64,000 nucleotides of DNA from a virus, in the IMG/VR virus record IMGVR_UViG_3300045988_141197; one strand, given 5' to 3'. This document shows positions 1 to 9,798 of this stretch, one piece after another; position 1 is the stretch's first letter, and each line of letters opens with the position of its first letter. The position numbers and the translations under genes were made by a program. The notes beneath the pieces are model-generated. The model had not been told where the DNA came from, made no database searches, and saw nothing but the letters and a program-made list of their open reading frames with translations.

Positions 1-2
1 CT

Positions 3-611
3 GAATTTGATGATATAGATTCTTTTGAAGATTTACAAAATGTTATTGAAAAATTATATGAAGAAGAAGCAATAAATGATGATCAATACGATGAAATATC
101 TGATTATATATCAACTAGAAAAGAAGAAGTGGAAAAGTATATAGAAGAAAGATCTAAAGTTACAAATACAGATGAAAAAGATATTGTTGGAATAATGGAA
201 GATAATGTATTAGATGCTATAACAAGAGTAAAAGAAATTATAAACGGTAAGGAAATAAAGACAGAAGATCATCAATTATATTATGATGATATTCAAGAAA
301 TGAGTACAGAGGAAAGACATAAACTTTGGATGACTGAACATGAAGAAGATTTTGAAGATAATGATGAAGGAAATAATAAATTCTGGGATTGGGCTGAAGA
401 AGAATTTCCTATGAAAGAATTAAATGAAGCTAAAACTAAATCAGCTAAGGACTATGTTTATGATGCTTGTAAAACAGCTTGGGAGGCAGGTCAGCTAGAT
501 GAAGATTTATTAAGATATATTTTTGAAGATTTAGAAGAAGATAATATTCCTTACGATAAGGAAGAAGTTACTGATTATTTCTATGAATTATTAAACAATA
601 GAGAATTTTAG
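3..611 (+). CDS. hypothetical highly acidic protein, 5'-truncated at window edge
   Basis: Open frame with no stop runs from the window start to 611. The product is very rich in D and E. A rho-independent terminator follows. Confidence 0.5.
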   Translation, partial: EFDDIDSFEDLQNVIEKLYEEEAINDDQYDEISDYISTRKEEVEKYIEERSKVTNTDEKDIVGIMEDNVLDAITRVKEIINGKEIKTEDHQLYYDDIQEMSTEERHKLWMTEHEEDFEDNDEGNNKFWDWAEEEFPMKELNEAKTKSAKDYVYDACKTAWEAGQLDEDLLRYIFEDLEEDNIPYDKEEVTDYFYELLNNREF

Positions 612-632
612 TAATATTAAAATTAAGATAAA

Positions 633-666
633 AGAGTTAGAATAAAATCTAACTCTTTTTTATTTT
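633..666 (+). terminator. rho-independent terminator
   Basis: Hairpin agagttag...ctaactct followed by a T-run. Confidence 0.6.
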
Positions 667-674
667 GCTTCAAA

Positions 675-690
675 GTAAAATATTATTGAG
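675..690 (+). promoter_or_regulatory. recurrent phage promoter-like motif GTAAAATATTATTGAG
   Basis: One of about 14 copies of GTAAAATATTAWTAG, found 15-35 bp upstream of RBS and start codons. Confidence 0.4.
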
Positions 691-717
691 ATAAAGTAAT
701 AAAGGAGAATATTAATT

Positions 718-909
718 ATGGTATTTATTGAATTAAATAATGGTAAAAAACTTAATGTTCTTCATATCAGTAAAATTTCTGTAGAAGGAAATGATGTTGT
801 TTATGAATCAGCTAAAGGTAGTCTAGATAATATTAAAGAGCATTTTGATTCTTCTCAAGAAGCTGAAACTAGATATCAAGAATTACAAAAAGAACTATTA
901 ATAAATTAA
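718..909 (+). CDS. hypothetical protein (63 aa)
   Basis: ORF preceded by RBS aaggag and the promoter motif. Confidence 0.5.
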   Translation: MVFIELNNGKKLNVLHISKISVEGNDVVYESAKGSLDNIKEHFDSSQEAETRYQELQKELLIN

Positions 910-970
910 ATAATTAAAGTCTAATTAAAGGGCTCTGGGTTACAGAGATGTTAGATAGGAGGGTTGAGGA

Positions 971-1432
971 ATGTTTATACTATTGAAATCTGGGGCTATG
1001 TTAAATTTATTTTGGTTACAAGATTGTTTCCAAGGTAAACATGATAAAAACATAGTCATTTTTTATACTATAAATGGTGTAAAATTAATTGAGGAATATG
1101 AAACTGAAGCAGAAGCTAGAAAAAGAATTGAAGATGTACACTTTGCAATGGATGAAGCTGGTGTAGGTGATAATAAACCTTTAATTGTTACTGAATTACC
1201 TACAGAAAATATTTCAACTAGAAGATCATATTTAATTCAAGTTTCATCTGATCCAGATGATGGATATCAAGAATGGAAATATATAGAATTAGAAGATGGT
1301 ACTTATAAATGGGAAATGCTAGGTATTCAAAAAGATTATTCATATTCAAAAGCTGATATTGATGCCATGAATACGAATTTGCAAAATCAAATTAATATAA
1401 TAAATGAAGTTCTAGAATGGAATGAATATTAA
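971..1432 (+). CDS. hypothetical protein
   Basis: ORF from the six-frame track; GGAGG-like RBS upstream. Confidence 0.45.
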   Translation: MFILLKSGAMLNLFWLQDCFQGKHDKNIVIFYTINGVKLIEEYETEAEARKRIEDVHFAMDEAGVGDNKPLIVTELPTENISTRRSYLIQVSSDPDDGYQEWKYIELEDGTYKWEMLGIQKDYSYSKADIDAMNTNLQNQINIINEVLEWNEY

Positions 1433-1451
1433 TAGAGGAGGTATTAAAAAA

Positions 1452-1988
1452 ATGATTGATACATGTGCTTGTAATAATACAATGACCTATAAAAAAGCAA
1501 TACCTTCAGAAATAATAGAACTCGGTGATATTGTTATGTTAGATCCTGGAACTAATTATATTAAAAGAGCTGTAGCTAATGACTTTGGAGATTTAATGAT
1601 AAACTCTCGTCTAATTGTTGGTGTATGTGTTAAATCTAATAACACAGCTCCAATACCTGATATGTTAGATGGAGGATCTTCAGAAGAGTTAGATAGAGAA
1701 TTAATAGATAGTGGTGTATCAGATTCTATACAAACAATTATTATAGAGAGTGGTACATCAGATCAAAATTCTAGAGAAATAATCCAAGTAGCTTATAGTG
1801 GAGAGCAAGTAGTAAATATATGTGGATTTGTAGATCTAGGAGATAGATTATGTATTAGTTCACGTCCAGGAAAGGCTAAATCAAAAGATTATCTTGATGA
1901 TGAGTATTTCAAAGCTAGGTCAATTGGAAAAGTTATACAATTTACAAATAAAAAAGAGCAAGTTAAAGCTCTTATAGATATTGAATAA
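1452..1988 (+). CDS. hypothetical virion-associated protein, CxC-N family, paralog of 9395-9781
   Basis: ATG at 1452 after RBS agaggagg. The C-terminus SIGKVIQF...ALIDIE closely matches SIGKVIGL...VLLDIE in ORF 9395-9781. Both start with a C-x-C-(V)N motif. Confidence 0.55.
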   Translation: MIDTCACNNTMTYKKAIPSEIIELGDIVMLDPGTNYIKRAVANDFGDLMINSRLIVGVCVKSNNTAPIPDMLDGGSSEELDRELIDSGVSDSIQTIIIESGTSDQNSREIIQVAYSGEQVVNICGFVDLGDRLCISSRPGKAKSKDYLDDEYFKARSIGKVIQFTNKKEQVKALIDIE

Positions 1989-2002
1989 GGAGGTAATTAA
2001 GA

Positions 2003-5000
2003 GTGGAAGAAGAAAAATTTTATACAATTATCTTACGTCATGATGAAAGTACTAAATGGATGATAAATGATCCTATCTTAGCACTTGGTGAATATGGTGT
2101 AGAAGATGACACTCATAGAATTAAACGTGGTGATGGTAAGTCAAAATGGTCTGAATTAAATTATGAACATTTTGGACTAGAATACATGATAACATATGCA
2201 AATTTACAAGGTAAAGTAGAAGATAATGAAGCTTTAAAATCTGCTTTAGATACTAAAATTTCATATGAAGTATTTAATGATATTCAAAATTCAGTAGTAG
2301 CAGGTATTACTATTAATTCAGAAGATGGAAAAATTGGAAAAATAACTAAAACTACTAAAGATGTTGCAACAGCTGGAACAAAACAAAATTATTTATTAAT
2401 TCAATCAGAAGATCAATCAATTCAAGGATTTTGGTCAATAGATGAAACTGGTATGAAAATATTAGATTTAAAAGCTAATGCTTCTATTGATGATTATACA
2501 CCTAAAAGAAAATATTATGTAGATCAAATATGCTTCTACGATAATAAATTATATAGAGCTATTACTGATTTTGAAGCAGGTGTTGTATTTAATCCTGAAC
2601 AATGGGTTATATTAGCTTCTCTTCATTCAAGTGATATTAGATATGATAATAAAATATCTGGTCTAGAATCTAAAACAGTAAAAACAGCATTAGATGAACT
2701 TAAAGATCTTGATGATGAAAAAGTTCAAAAAACAAGAAGACCTTATAAAGTTTATGGAACAAATGAAGATGGAGAGCAAATGCTATATGATAAAGATGAA
2801 CTAAGAACAGTTGATTCAGTTAATGGTATAGAAGCTAATCCAACTTCAAAAAATATACAAATTGATGCAGATGATATTAATTATGATGATGAAGCAAAAG
2901 TTAAACAAAGTATAAGAGAAGTTCTAGATTCAAAAGTAGATAAAGTTGTAGCTGGAGAAGGAGCTAAAATAGTTAGAGATGTAACATTAAATTATAACAA
3001 AGAAAATGGATCTATTGAATTAGTAGAAGATAAAGTTTCACTAAAAGATGGTTCATCTGAAGAACAAAGAACAAGTGTAGATGTAGTATCAGAACAAGAA
3101 TTAGCTAATGCCAAATCAGAATTACAAACAAACATTGATGCTAATAAACAAGAAATAAATAATAGAATAAATCAAGAAGTAGCAGGCTTAAATACTACTA
3201 TAGCAGCTAATAAAGCAGAAATTAATACTAAAGTAGATAACATAAAATCAGAAACTGATCAAACAATAGCTGATAATAAAGCTGATATAGAAGATAAGTT
3301 ACAAAAGGGATTAGATACAAAGATTGATAAAGACATTGCTGATAGCATTGTTGTAGATGTAAAGTTCTCTAATGAAGATGGTGAAAAAGTAAATGAACCT
3401 ACTTTAAAAATAACTTCTAAAAATACTGATACAGAGACAGAAGTTATTCATCATATGCATTTTAGACAAAAAGGTGATTTAAATATTACTAGAGAAAATG
3501 ATCATTTATTATTTGATTCAAGTGTAATCGATTTAAAAGTTAGGACTAATGCTGATAAAATTGCTACACATGATACTGAAATAGCTGCTTTACAAGAGCA
3601 TGATGTAAATCATGATAGACTATTAGCAACTCATACTGAACAAATAGCAAATCATGAAACTAGAATGCAACAAGCAGAAGCAGATATTAGAAGAATAGAT
3701 GTAGAATTAGATGATTTAGATGCTAAGATAGAAAATGAAACAACAAATAGAAAAGTAGCAGATGCCAAAATAGAAACAGATATATCTAGAAATGCATTAA
3801 ATATAGAAAATAATGCAGCAGCTATTAGAAAAAATGCTGATAATATAATTGAATTAAATGACTTGTTACAAGAAAATGTAACAAACTTAACTCAATCTAA
3901 AGCTGACAAAGTATTTGCAGAAGAAACTGATAATAAAGTTGTAGGATCAGTGGAGCTAGGTGAAACTGAAAATAATACAATAGCAAAAATGACTTTAAAA
4001 AGTGTATCACCAGTAGATGGAACACCTAGTTCAGAAGTAATTGAATTTAAATCTACTGATAATACTTTAGTATCAGTCCCTATAACAGATAAAGAAGGTA
4101 ATATAACTGGTTATGATTTAGCAACTAATTTAGATATAGATGTTAATTACTTTGTAACTACACAAATATTAAATACAACTATTCCAAGTGAAAATACAGT
4201 TTCATTTGATAGTTTAACATCTACAGATAAAGAAAAAGTAGAATTACATGATATTATTTCTGATTCTGAAGGTACTTGGTCAAGAGTAAAATCTATAGAT
4301 GAAGAAGCTAGAACTTGCGTAACTATAACTTATGCAAAACATGCTCAAGCTGTATGGGGAACTATAAAAGGTAATATAGCAGATCAAGCTGATTTACAAG
4401 AAGCTTTGGATAAAAAGATTGATGAATCTATTGCACCTGTCTTAATTTCAGGAATTAGAATTGATGATAGTGGATCTAATAGAGAAAACTTAGATAGTAT
4501 CAAATTTAAGTGGGATTATCAACCAACAGATGGTGCAGGTGGATATACAACACAAGGTGGTGTATTTGCTAAATCAGATTCTATACTATTAACTAAAGGT
4601 CAAGATGTAAATCCAACTACATATAGATTTAAAGTAGAAGCAGAAGGAGTAGAATTCAAACCAGAAGAGTCTGGGTTAACAAGTACTTTACTAGCTTCTG
4701 CAATAAGAGAATTAAAAGCATTAGATGATGAAAAAGTATTAATAACTGATTTTGAAACATTTAAAACAGAAAATACAACAAATATAAATAATCTAATAAA
4801 TACAGCAAAATCAGAATTACAAACTAATATAAATAATGAGGCAACAGCTAGAGAAACAAAAGATAATGAAATATTATCATCTATTAAGGATTTACAAATG
4901 CAATTAAACCTTCAAATAGTTGATTATACAGATGCTATTGATAATGTAACACCAATTACAAAATTTATAACATATACAAGGGATGATGGTGTTATGTTAA

Positions 5001-5128
5001 TGGCTATGAATATTTGGAATAGTTCATGGGTATTTAGTGCTACTGAACCAACAGTATATGAAAACTTTATGAAAGATGTAGAAAATGGTTATATGAAACT
5101 TATTGGAATACCTGAGCAGGTAGGTTAA
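2003..5128 (+). CDS. long tail fibre-like protein with central coiled coil (1041 aa)
   Basis: GTG start after RBS aggagg. Long heptad-rich segment (residues ~350-640). Lies upstream of the fibre pair and is followed by a terminator. Confidence 0.55.
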   Translation: MEEEKFYTIILRHDESTKWMINDPILALGEYGVEDDTHRIKRGDGKSKWSELNYEHFGLEYMITYANLQGKVEDNEALKSALDTKISYEVFNDIQNSVVAGITINSEDGKIGKITKTTKDVATAGTKQNYLLIQSEDQSIQGFWSIDETGMKILDLKANASIDDYTPKRKYYVDQICFYDNKLYRAITDFEAGVVFNPEQWVILASLHSSDIRYDNKISGLESKTVKTALDELKDLDDEKVQKTRRPYKVYGTNEDGEQMLYDKDELRTVDSVNGIEANPTSKNIQIDADDINYDDEAKVKQSIREVLDSKVDKVVAGEGAKIVRDVTLNYNKENGSIELVEDKVSLKDGSSEEQRTSVDVVSEQELANAKSELQTNIDANKQEINNRINQEVAGLNTTIAANKAEINTKVDNIKSETDQTIADNKADIEDKLQKGLDTKIDKDIADSIVVDVKFSNEDGEKVNEPTLKITSKNTDTETEVIHHMHFRQKGDLNITRENDHLLFDSSVIDLKVRTNADKIATHDTEIAALQEHDVNHDRLLATHTEQIANHETRMQQAEADIRRIDVELDDLDAKIENETTNRKVADAKIETDISRNALNIENNAAAIRKNADNIIELNDLLQENVTNLTQSKADKVFAEETDNKVVGSVELGETENNTIAKMTLKSVSPVDGTPSSEVIEFKSTDNTLVSVPITDKEGNITGYDLATNLDIDVNYFVTTQILNTTIPSENTVSFDSLTSTDKEKVELHDIISDSEGTWSRVKSIDEEARTCVTITYAKHAQAVWGTIKGNIADQADLQEALDKKIDESIAPVLISGIRIDDSGSNRENLDSIKFKWDYQPTDGAGGYTTQGGVFAKSDSILLTKGQDVNPTTYRFKVEAEGVEFKPEESGLTSTLLASAIRELKALDDEKVLITDFETFKTENTTNINNLINTAKSELQTNINNEATARETKDNEILSSIKDLQMQLNLQIVDYTDAIDNVTPITKFITYTRDDGVMLMAMNIWNSSWVFSATEPTVYENFMKDVENGYMKLIGIPEQVG

Positions 5129-5133
5129 TAATA

Positions 5134-5159
5134 AAAGGGCTTGAAATATAGCCCTTTTA
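5134..5159 (+). terminator. rho-independent terminator
   Basis: Hairpin aaagggcttgaaatatagcccttt followed by T. Confidence 0.6.
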
Positions 5160-5190
5160 CATAAATAATTATATAGAAAGGAAGTAAACT

Positions 5191-5901
5191 ATGAAAGTTA
5201 AATTTAGTAGATGTCAATCAAATAGTTTAACAGATGTACCTATTATAGATGGACAATTAATATTTGTAAAAGATAATGGTGAATGTTACTTAGATGTAGG
5301 TTCTCAAAGAGTTAGAATTGAAGATAAAATTTTAATAGAAAAAGTAACATCATTAGAAACTTTAATAGATACATATAAAGAATCAATAGATGAACAGTTA
5401 AATACTCATACTGAAGAAATAGCACAATTAAGACATGATATAGCTAATATAGAAGCAATGCATTCATTTAGTGAATATGAAGGATTAGTTACAAATGGAA
5501 CTACAGTTGAATTTTTTGAAAGTGTAAAAGCATTAAACTTAAATCCAGGAACGATAATATTAGGAGGAACTAGATTAACAGATATTGAAGATGTAGCTCC
5601 TGGAATGTTAAATGAAGAAATGAAAGTTGAAATATATTCAAATAATGTATTTCATGCAACAATGACTTCAACTGATATCGAACCATATGAATGGATTATT
5701 CAATATTGGAAAGGTAATGAAAAATGGAGACCTCTTATAGCTTCTGCTAGTGAGATTGTAATAGATACATCAGGAACTTCATTAGAAGCCACTACTGTAC
5801 AGGAAGCTGTAGTAGAATTAGATACTAAAGTAGGAGATATAAGTGCTTTATTAGATAAAATAAATGGTTCTGGTACTGAATCAGAAGGAGGTAATGCTTA
5901 A
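5191..5901 (+). CDS. fibre-associated protein (236 aa)
   Basis: ORF directly upstream of the fibre pair. Same position as the small ORF 59917-60147 upstream of the second fibre pair. Confidence 0.5.
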   Translation: MKVKFSRCQSNSLTDVPIIDGQLIFVKDNGECYLDVGSQRVRIEDKILIEKVTSLETLIDTYKESIDEQLNTHTEEIAQLRHDIANIEAMHSFSEYEGLVTNGTTVEFFESVKALNLNPGTIILGGTRLTDIEDVAPGMLNEEMKVEIYSNNVFHATMTSTDIEPYEWIIQYWKGNEKWRPLIASASEIVIDTSGTSLEATTVQEAVVELDTKVGDISALLDKINGSGTESEGGNA

Positions 5902-7598
5902 TGGAAGAAACAAATAATGAATCAATAGAGAAAAAACTGGCTTACCTTAATGAAACAAAAGGATTAATTAAATCAGCAATTATAAATAAAGGACAAGAAT
6001 TAACAGATGAAACACCTTTTAGAGATTATGTTCAAAAAATAGATGATATAGAAACAGGTGTAGATACTTCTGATGCTACTGCATTAGCAAGTGATATAGC
6101 TGCCAATAAAACAGCATATGCAAATGAGAGGAAAATTACAGGTACACTAATAGATAATAACAGTCAAATAACATTAGACAATCAAGACGATATTACTGCA
6201 AAAACTGGAAGTGATTATCTTGAAGTACATACTAATATAGGAACAGATACTATTGTTAGAGCTGATAATCAAATCAGTATAAGACCTTCTTTTGAAAAAG
6301 CAGCAGAAGCTATAGGACTTACAGCAGATAAAATAATAGAAGGAAATACTATACTTGGTATAGAAGGAACAGGTAAAACAAGTGAAGATTTACAAGAACA
6401 ACTAGACGCACAAGATACAGTTATACAACAATTACAAGATGAGTTAGCAAATAAAACAAGTGGCTCTGCTAAACCTAATGTATTTATGCAAGAAACAGAA
6501 CCAACTACTAAAAATGGTATTTGGCTTAAAGGGAGTTACCAAGTAGATAATATAGCTGCAGATGAAAATATATTTGCAGGAGAGGAATGGAATACTACTA
6601 AAATGGCTAGTTTAAAAGTAATTCCTTATAATTTTTATGGAGGTTCAGCTATACCAATAGAGACAAATGTATATTTATTTGGTGGTAGTGGCAATAGTAC
6701 AGCAGCTTATAAATATGATACATTGACAGATACATATACGCAATTAACAAATATTCCTTATGAATTTTATGGTTCAGTTGCATCTATAAGAACAGACATA
6801 TATTTATTTGGTAGTGATAGTAGTTCATATCATAAATATGCTTATAAATATGATACATTGACAGATACATACACAAAATTAACAAATATTCCTTATGAAT
6901 TTTCTAGTGGTTCAGTTGTATCTATAGGAACAAATATATATTTATTTGGTGATTTTACTAAGCGTAATATAGCTTATAAATATGATACATTGACAGATAC
7001 ATATACGCAATTAACAAATATTCCTTATGAATTTTATGGTTCAGTTGCATCTATAAGAACAGACATATATTTATTTGGTAGTGATAGTAGTTCATATCAT
7101 AAATATGCTTATAAATATGATACATTGACAGATACATACACAAAATTAACAAATATTCCTTATGAATTTTCTAGTGGTTCAGTTGTATCTATAGGAACAA
7201 ATATATATTTATTTGGTGATTTTACTAAGCGTAATATAGCTTATAAATATGATACATTGACAGATACATATACTAAATTAACTGATATTCCATATGATTT
7301 TTATCGAAGTTCAGCTATATTTACTGGAACAGATATATATTTATTTGGCGGAGCTGCAAACCAAACTAAAGTACAAGTAATGACAATGATACCAAATGAT
7401 TATGGTAATAACTCAATAGTAATATCTCAAGGTGGGTTTACAAAGAAGACAAACATAGCTGATTATGGAATACAAAATGCAAAATTCTATTATGATAAAG
7501 TATATTATCAAAATGAAAATGGAGAATTATTAAACACAATACCAACCTATAATGGAAACGGAACAGAATGGATTAAAATTTCAGGAGGTGAAGAATAA
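5901..7598 (+). CDS. tail fibre / receptor-binding protein with Kelch-like beta-propeller repeats
   Basis: The N-terminal ~190 aa are homologous to ORF 60170-60793 (shared blocks GKTAY.NG.K..G and TSEDLQ.QLDAQD). Six repeats of ~44 aa follow, of the form AYKYDTLTDTYT.LTNIPYEF......IYLFG. Confidence 0.6.
   Translation: MEETNNESIEKKLAYLNETKGLIKSAIINKGQELTDETPFRDYVQKIDDIETGVDTSDATALASDIAANKTAYANERKITGTLIDNNSQITLDNQDDITAKTGSDYLEVHTNIGTDTIVRADNQISIRPSFEKAAEAIGLTADKIIEGNTILGIEGTGKTSEDLQEQLDAQDTVIQQLQDELANKTSGSAKPNVFMQETEPTTKNGIWLKGSYQVDNIAADENIFAGEEWNTTKMASLKVIPYNFYGGSAIPIETNVYLFGGSGNSTAAYKYDTLTDTYTQLTNIPYEFYGSVASIRTDIYLFGSDSSSYHKYAYKYDTLTDTYTKLTNIPYEFSSGSVVSIGTNIYLFGDFTKRNIAYKYDTLTDTYTQLTNIPYEFYGSVASIRTDIYLFGSDSSSYHKYAYKYDTLTDTYTKLTNIPYEFSSGSVVSIGTNIYLFGDFTKRNIAYKYDTLTDTYTKLTDIPYDFYRSSAIFTGTDIYLFGGAANQTKVQVMTMIPNDYGNNSIVISQGGFTKKTNIADYGIQNAKFYYDKVYYQNENGELLNTIPTYNGNGTEWIKISGGEE
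6705..7238 (+). repeat. perfect tandem direct duplication, 2 x 267 bp
   Basis: 6705-6971 and 6972-7238 are identical at nucleotide level, each encoding two propeller blades. Confidence 0.85.
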
Positions 7599-8593
7599 TG
7601 AGTACAGGAACAAATAGAGAAAGATTAGAACAAAATAATACCTTACTAGAGGACATAAAAAACGAGGTAAGCAATTTACCTAATTTTATTGACACAACAG
7701 ATGCAACAGCAACAGCAGAAGATATTTTAGAAGGAAAAACAGCTTATTCAAATGGTGAAAAATTAGTTGGGACTATGTCTGAGAACCCTAATAATACCTT
7801 TATTGATTTTGGTACATCAACTTCGGCAAATTATATATATAAATACATAAAAAGTATAAACCAATTAAATACAAGTAATGTTACTAATATGGGATATATG
7901 TTTTCAGATTGCTCAAAATTAACGACAATATCATTATTTGATACAAGTAATGTTACTAACATGCAAAATATGTTTTATTATTGCTCATCATTAACAACAA
8001 TACCATTGTTAAATACAAGTAAAGTTACTAGCATGCAGAATATGTTTTCAAATTGTTCATCATTAACGACAATACCATTGTTAAATACAAGTAAAGTTAC
8101 TAACATGTATAATATGTTTTATTATTGCTCATCATTAACGACAATACCATTACTGAATACAGGTAATGTTATTAACATGCAGAATATGTTTTATTATTGC
8201 CCATCATTAACGACAATACCATTATTAGATACAAGTAAAGTTACTAGCATGAGTGGTATGTTTGCTCATTGTGATATATTAACAACAATACCATTATTAG
8301 ATACAAGTAAAGTTACTGACATGAGTATTATGTTTTCAAATTGCTCATCATTAACAACAATACCATTATTAAATACAAGTAATGTTACTAGCATGCAGAA
8401 TATGTTTTCTAATTGTCCAAATTTATCAGATGAAAGTTTAAATAACATTTTAGCAATGTGCACAAATGCTACAAAAATAACTTCAAGTAAAACATTAAGC
8501 CGAATCGGTTTGACATCAGACCAAGCAACAAGATGTCAATCATTATCAAACTATGAAGCATTTACAGCAGCTGGATGGACTACAGGATATTAA
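7598..8593 (+). CDS. tail fibre tip protein with BspA-type 26-residue leucine-rich repeats
   Basis: N-terminus is homologous to ORF 60799-61458. About 8 tandem repeats L(N/D)TS.VT.M..MF..CSSLTTIPL match the bacterial surface-protein 26-residue repeat (DUF285/BspA-like). Confidence 0.6.
   Translation: MSTGTNRERLEQNNTLLEDIKNEVSNLPNFIDTTDATATAEDILEGKTAYSNGEKLVGTMSENPNNTFIDFGTSTSANYIYKYIKSINQLNTSNVTNMGYMFSDCSKLTTISLFDTSNVTNMQNMFYYCSSLTTIPLLNTSKVTSMQNMFSNCSSLTTIPLLNTSKVTNMYNMFYYCSSLTTIPLLNTGNVINMQNMFYYCPSLTTIPLLDTSKVTSMSGMFAHCDILTTIPLLDTSKVTDMSIMFSNCSSLTTIPLLNTSNVTSMQNMFSNCPNLSDESLNNILAMCTNATKITSSKTLSRIGLTSDQATRCQSLSNYEAFTAAGWTTGY
7880..8440 (+). repeat. coding tandem repeats (~78 bp period)
   Basis: Imperfect nucleotide repeats underlying the 26-aa repeat units. 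Confidence 0.7.
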
Positions 8594-8677
8594 TAGTAAT
8601 TAAAAAGAATCAGAATAACTAAGCATATTATGTCTAAAAATTGAGTAATACTATAATACAAAATAAATATAAAAAAT

Positions 8678-8710
8678 AAAGATAGAACTTAAATTTCTAT
8701 CTTTATTTTT
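8678..8710 (+). terminator. rho-independent terminator
   Basis: Hairpin aaagatagaacttaaatttctatcttt followed by a T-run. Confidence 0.6.
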
Positions 8711-8712
8711 AT

Positions 8713-8727
8713 GTAAAATATTAATAG
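8713..8727 (+). promoter_or_regulatory. promoter-like motif GTAAAATATTAATAG
   Basis: Copy of the conserved motif upstream of RBS aggagg and ORF 8743. Confidence 0.4.
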
Positions 8728-8742
8728 GAGGTATAAATAACT

Positions 8743-8985
8743 ATGAAAACTAAATTTAATCTAATAGATATTGTTAAATTAATAGAAACTACATCAAATA
8801 CAAAAGCAAGATTAGATAATAAATTTGGATTAGAATATTTAATTCCAAATGTATCTGAACAGAATTTAATAGATGCTGGATTTGAATTTAAAGAAAAAAG
8901 TTCATTTAATGTATGCCCTATATATCAAAGAGCTAATATATTAGCACACTTTGATGAAAGTATATTACATGTTTATGAACTATAA
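8743..8985 (+). CDS. hypothetical protein (80 aa)
   Basis: ORF with strong RBS. Confidence 0.5.
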   Translation: MKTKFNLIDIVKLIETTSNTKARLDNKFGLEYLIPNVSEQNLIDAGFEFKEKSSFNVCPIYQRANILAHFDESILHVYEL

Positions 8986-9394
8986 ACAATAAATGGAGGT
9001 AGATTATATATGATTCAACTATATCCAACTAAAGCTTTTTATAAAGTAATATCTGAAGATGATAGTGTAACAGAAATTGATTATATTAGTGCTGATGAAG
9101 AAGGTAACTTATTTATAGAAAAACATTTAAAAAATGGATCTGTTAATAAATTTAAATTAGTTGAGGAGAAGATATAATTATGAGTTATGCTAGATCCTTA
9201 GAAACAGGAACTTATATATTCAGATGGAGAATATATGAATTTTAATCTTACTCAAGTTCCTGAAGATGATATTGATATATTCTTATACAAAATATATACA
9301 ACAAGAAGAAAAGAATTTAATCAAAGATTAAAACATGGTAAAGATTTAATAGAACAAAATAAAATGCTATCACAAGAAGGAGAATAATAAAAAT

Positions 9395-9781
9395 ATGAAA
9401 AGATGTGAATGTGTTAATCCTTATAAAAAATTATATGAAGAAGAAAATATTGAAGTAGGAGATATAATTAGTTTAGATCCTATTGCAAATCGTGTTAAAT
9501 TAAGTTTTAACAGAATTAATAAAAAAGATGAACAAGTTATAGGTATCTGTGAAAAAATTGAAAATAACATGATTTATGTCGCAAATACAGGTATTATTGA
9601 TGTAAATGTAGAAGGTATCATTTGTATTGGAGATAAATTAACTATTAGTAATAAACCAGGTAAAGCTGTTGCTATTAGATATGATCAAGATGAAACACAA
9701 TTCACAATAAGATCAATTGGTAAAGTAATTGGTTTATATAATAATTATGAAAAAGCTAAAGTATTATTGGATATAGAATAA
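9395..9781 (+). CDS. hypothetical protein, CxC-N family paralog of 1452-1988
   Basis: RBS gaaggag. Conserved C-terminus and N-terminal CxC motif shared with ORF 1452-1988. Confidence 0.55.
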   Translation: MKRCECVNPYKKLYEEENIEVGDIISLDPIANRVKLSFNRINKKDEQVIGICEKIENNMIYVANTGIIDVNVEGIICIGDKLTISNKPGKAVAIRYDQDETQFTIRSIGKVIGLYNNYEKAKVLLDIE

Positions 9782-9798
9782 TAAAGAAAGGAGCTCAT

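Noticed and set aside
7880-8440. CRISPR-like array suggested by regular ~78-bp repeats
   Set aside because: The repeats are in-frame coding repeats of a 26-aa protein motif with no unique spacers. This is not a CRISPR array.
8266-8463. Minus-strand ORF (65 aa) inside the BspA-repeat fibre gene
   Set aside because: Antisense to a well-supported + strand CDS and produced by the repetitive sequence. No RBS.
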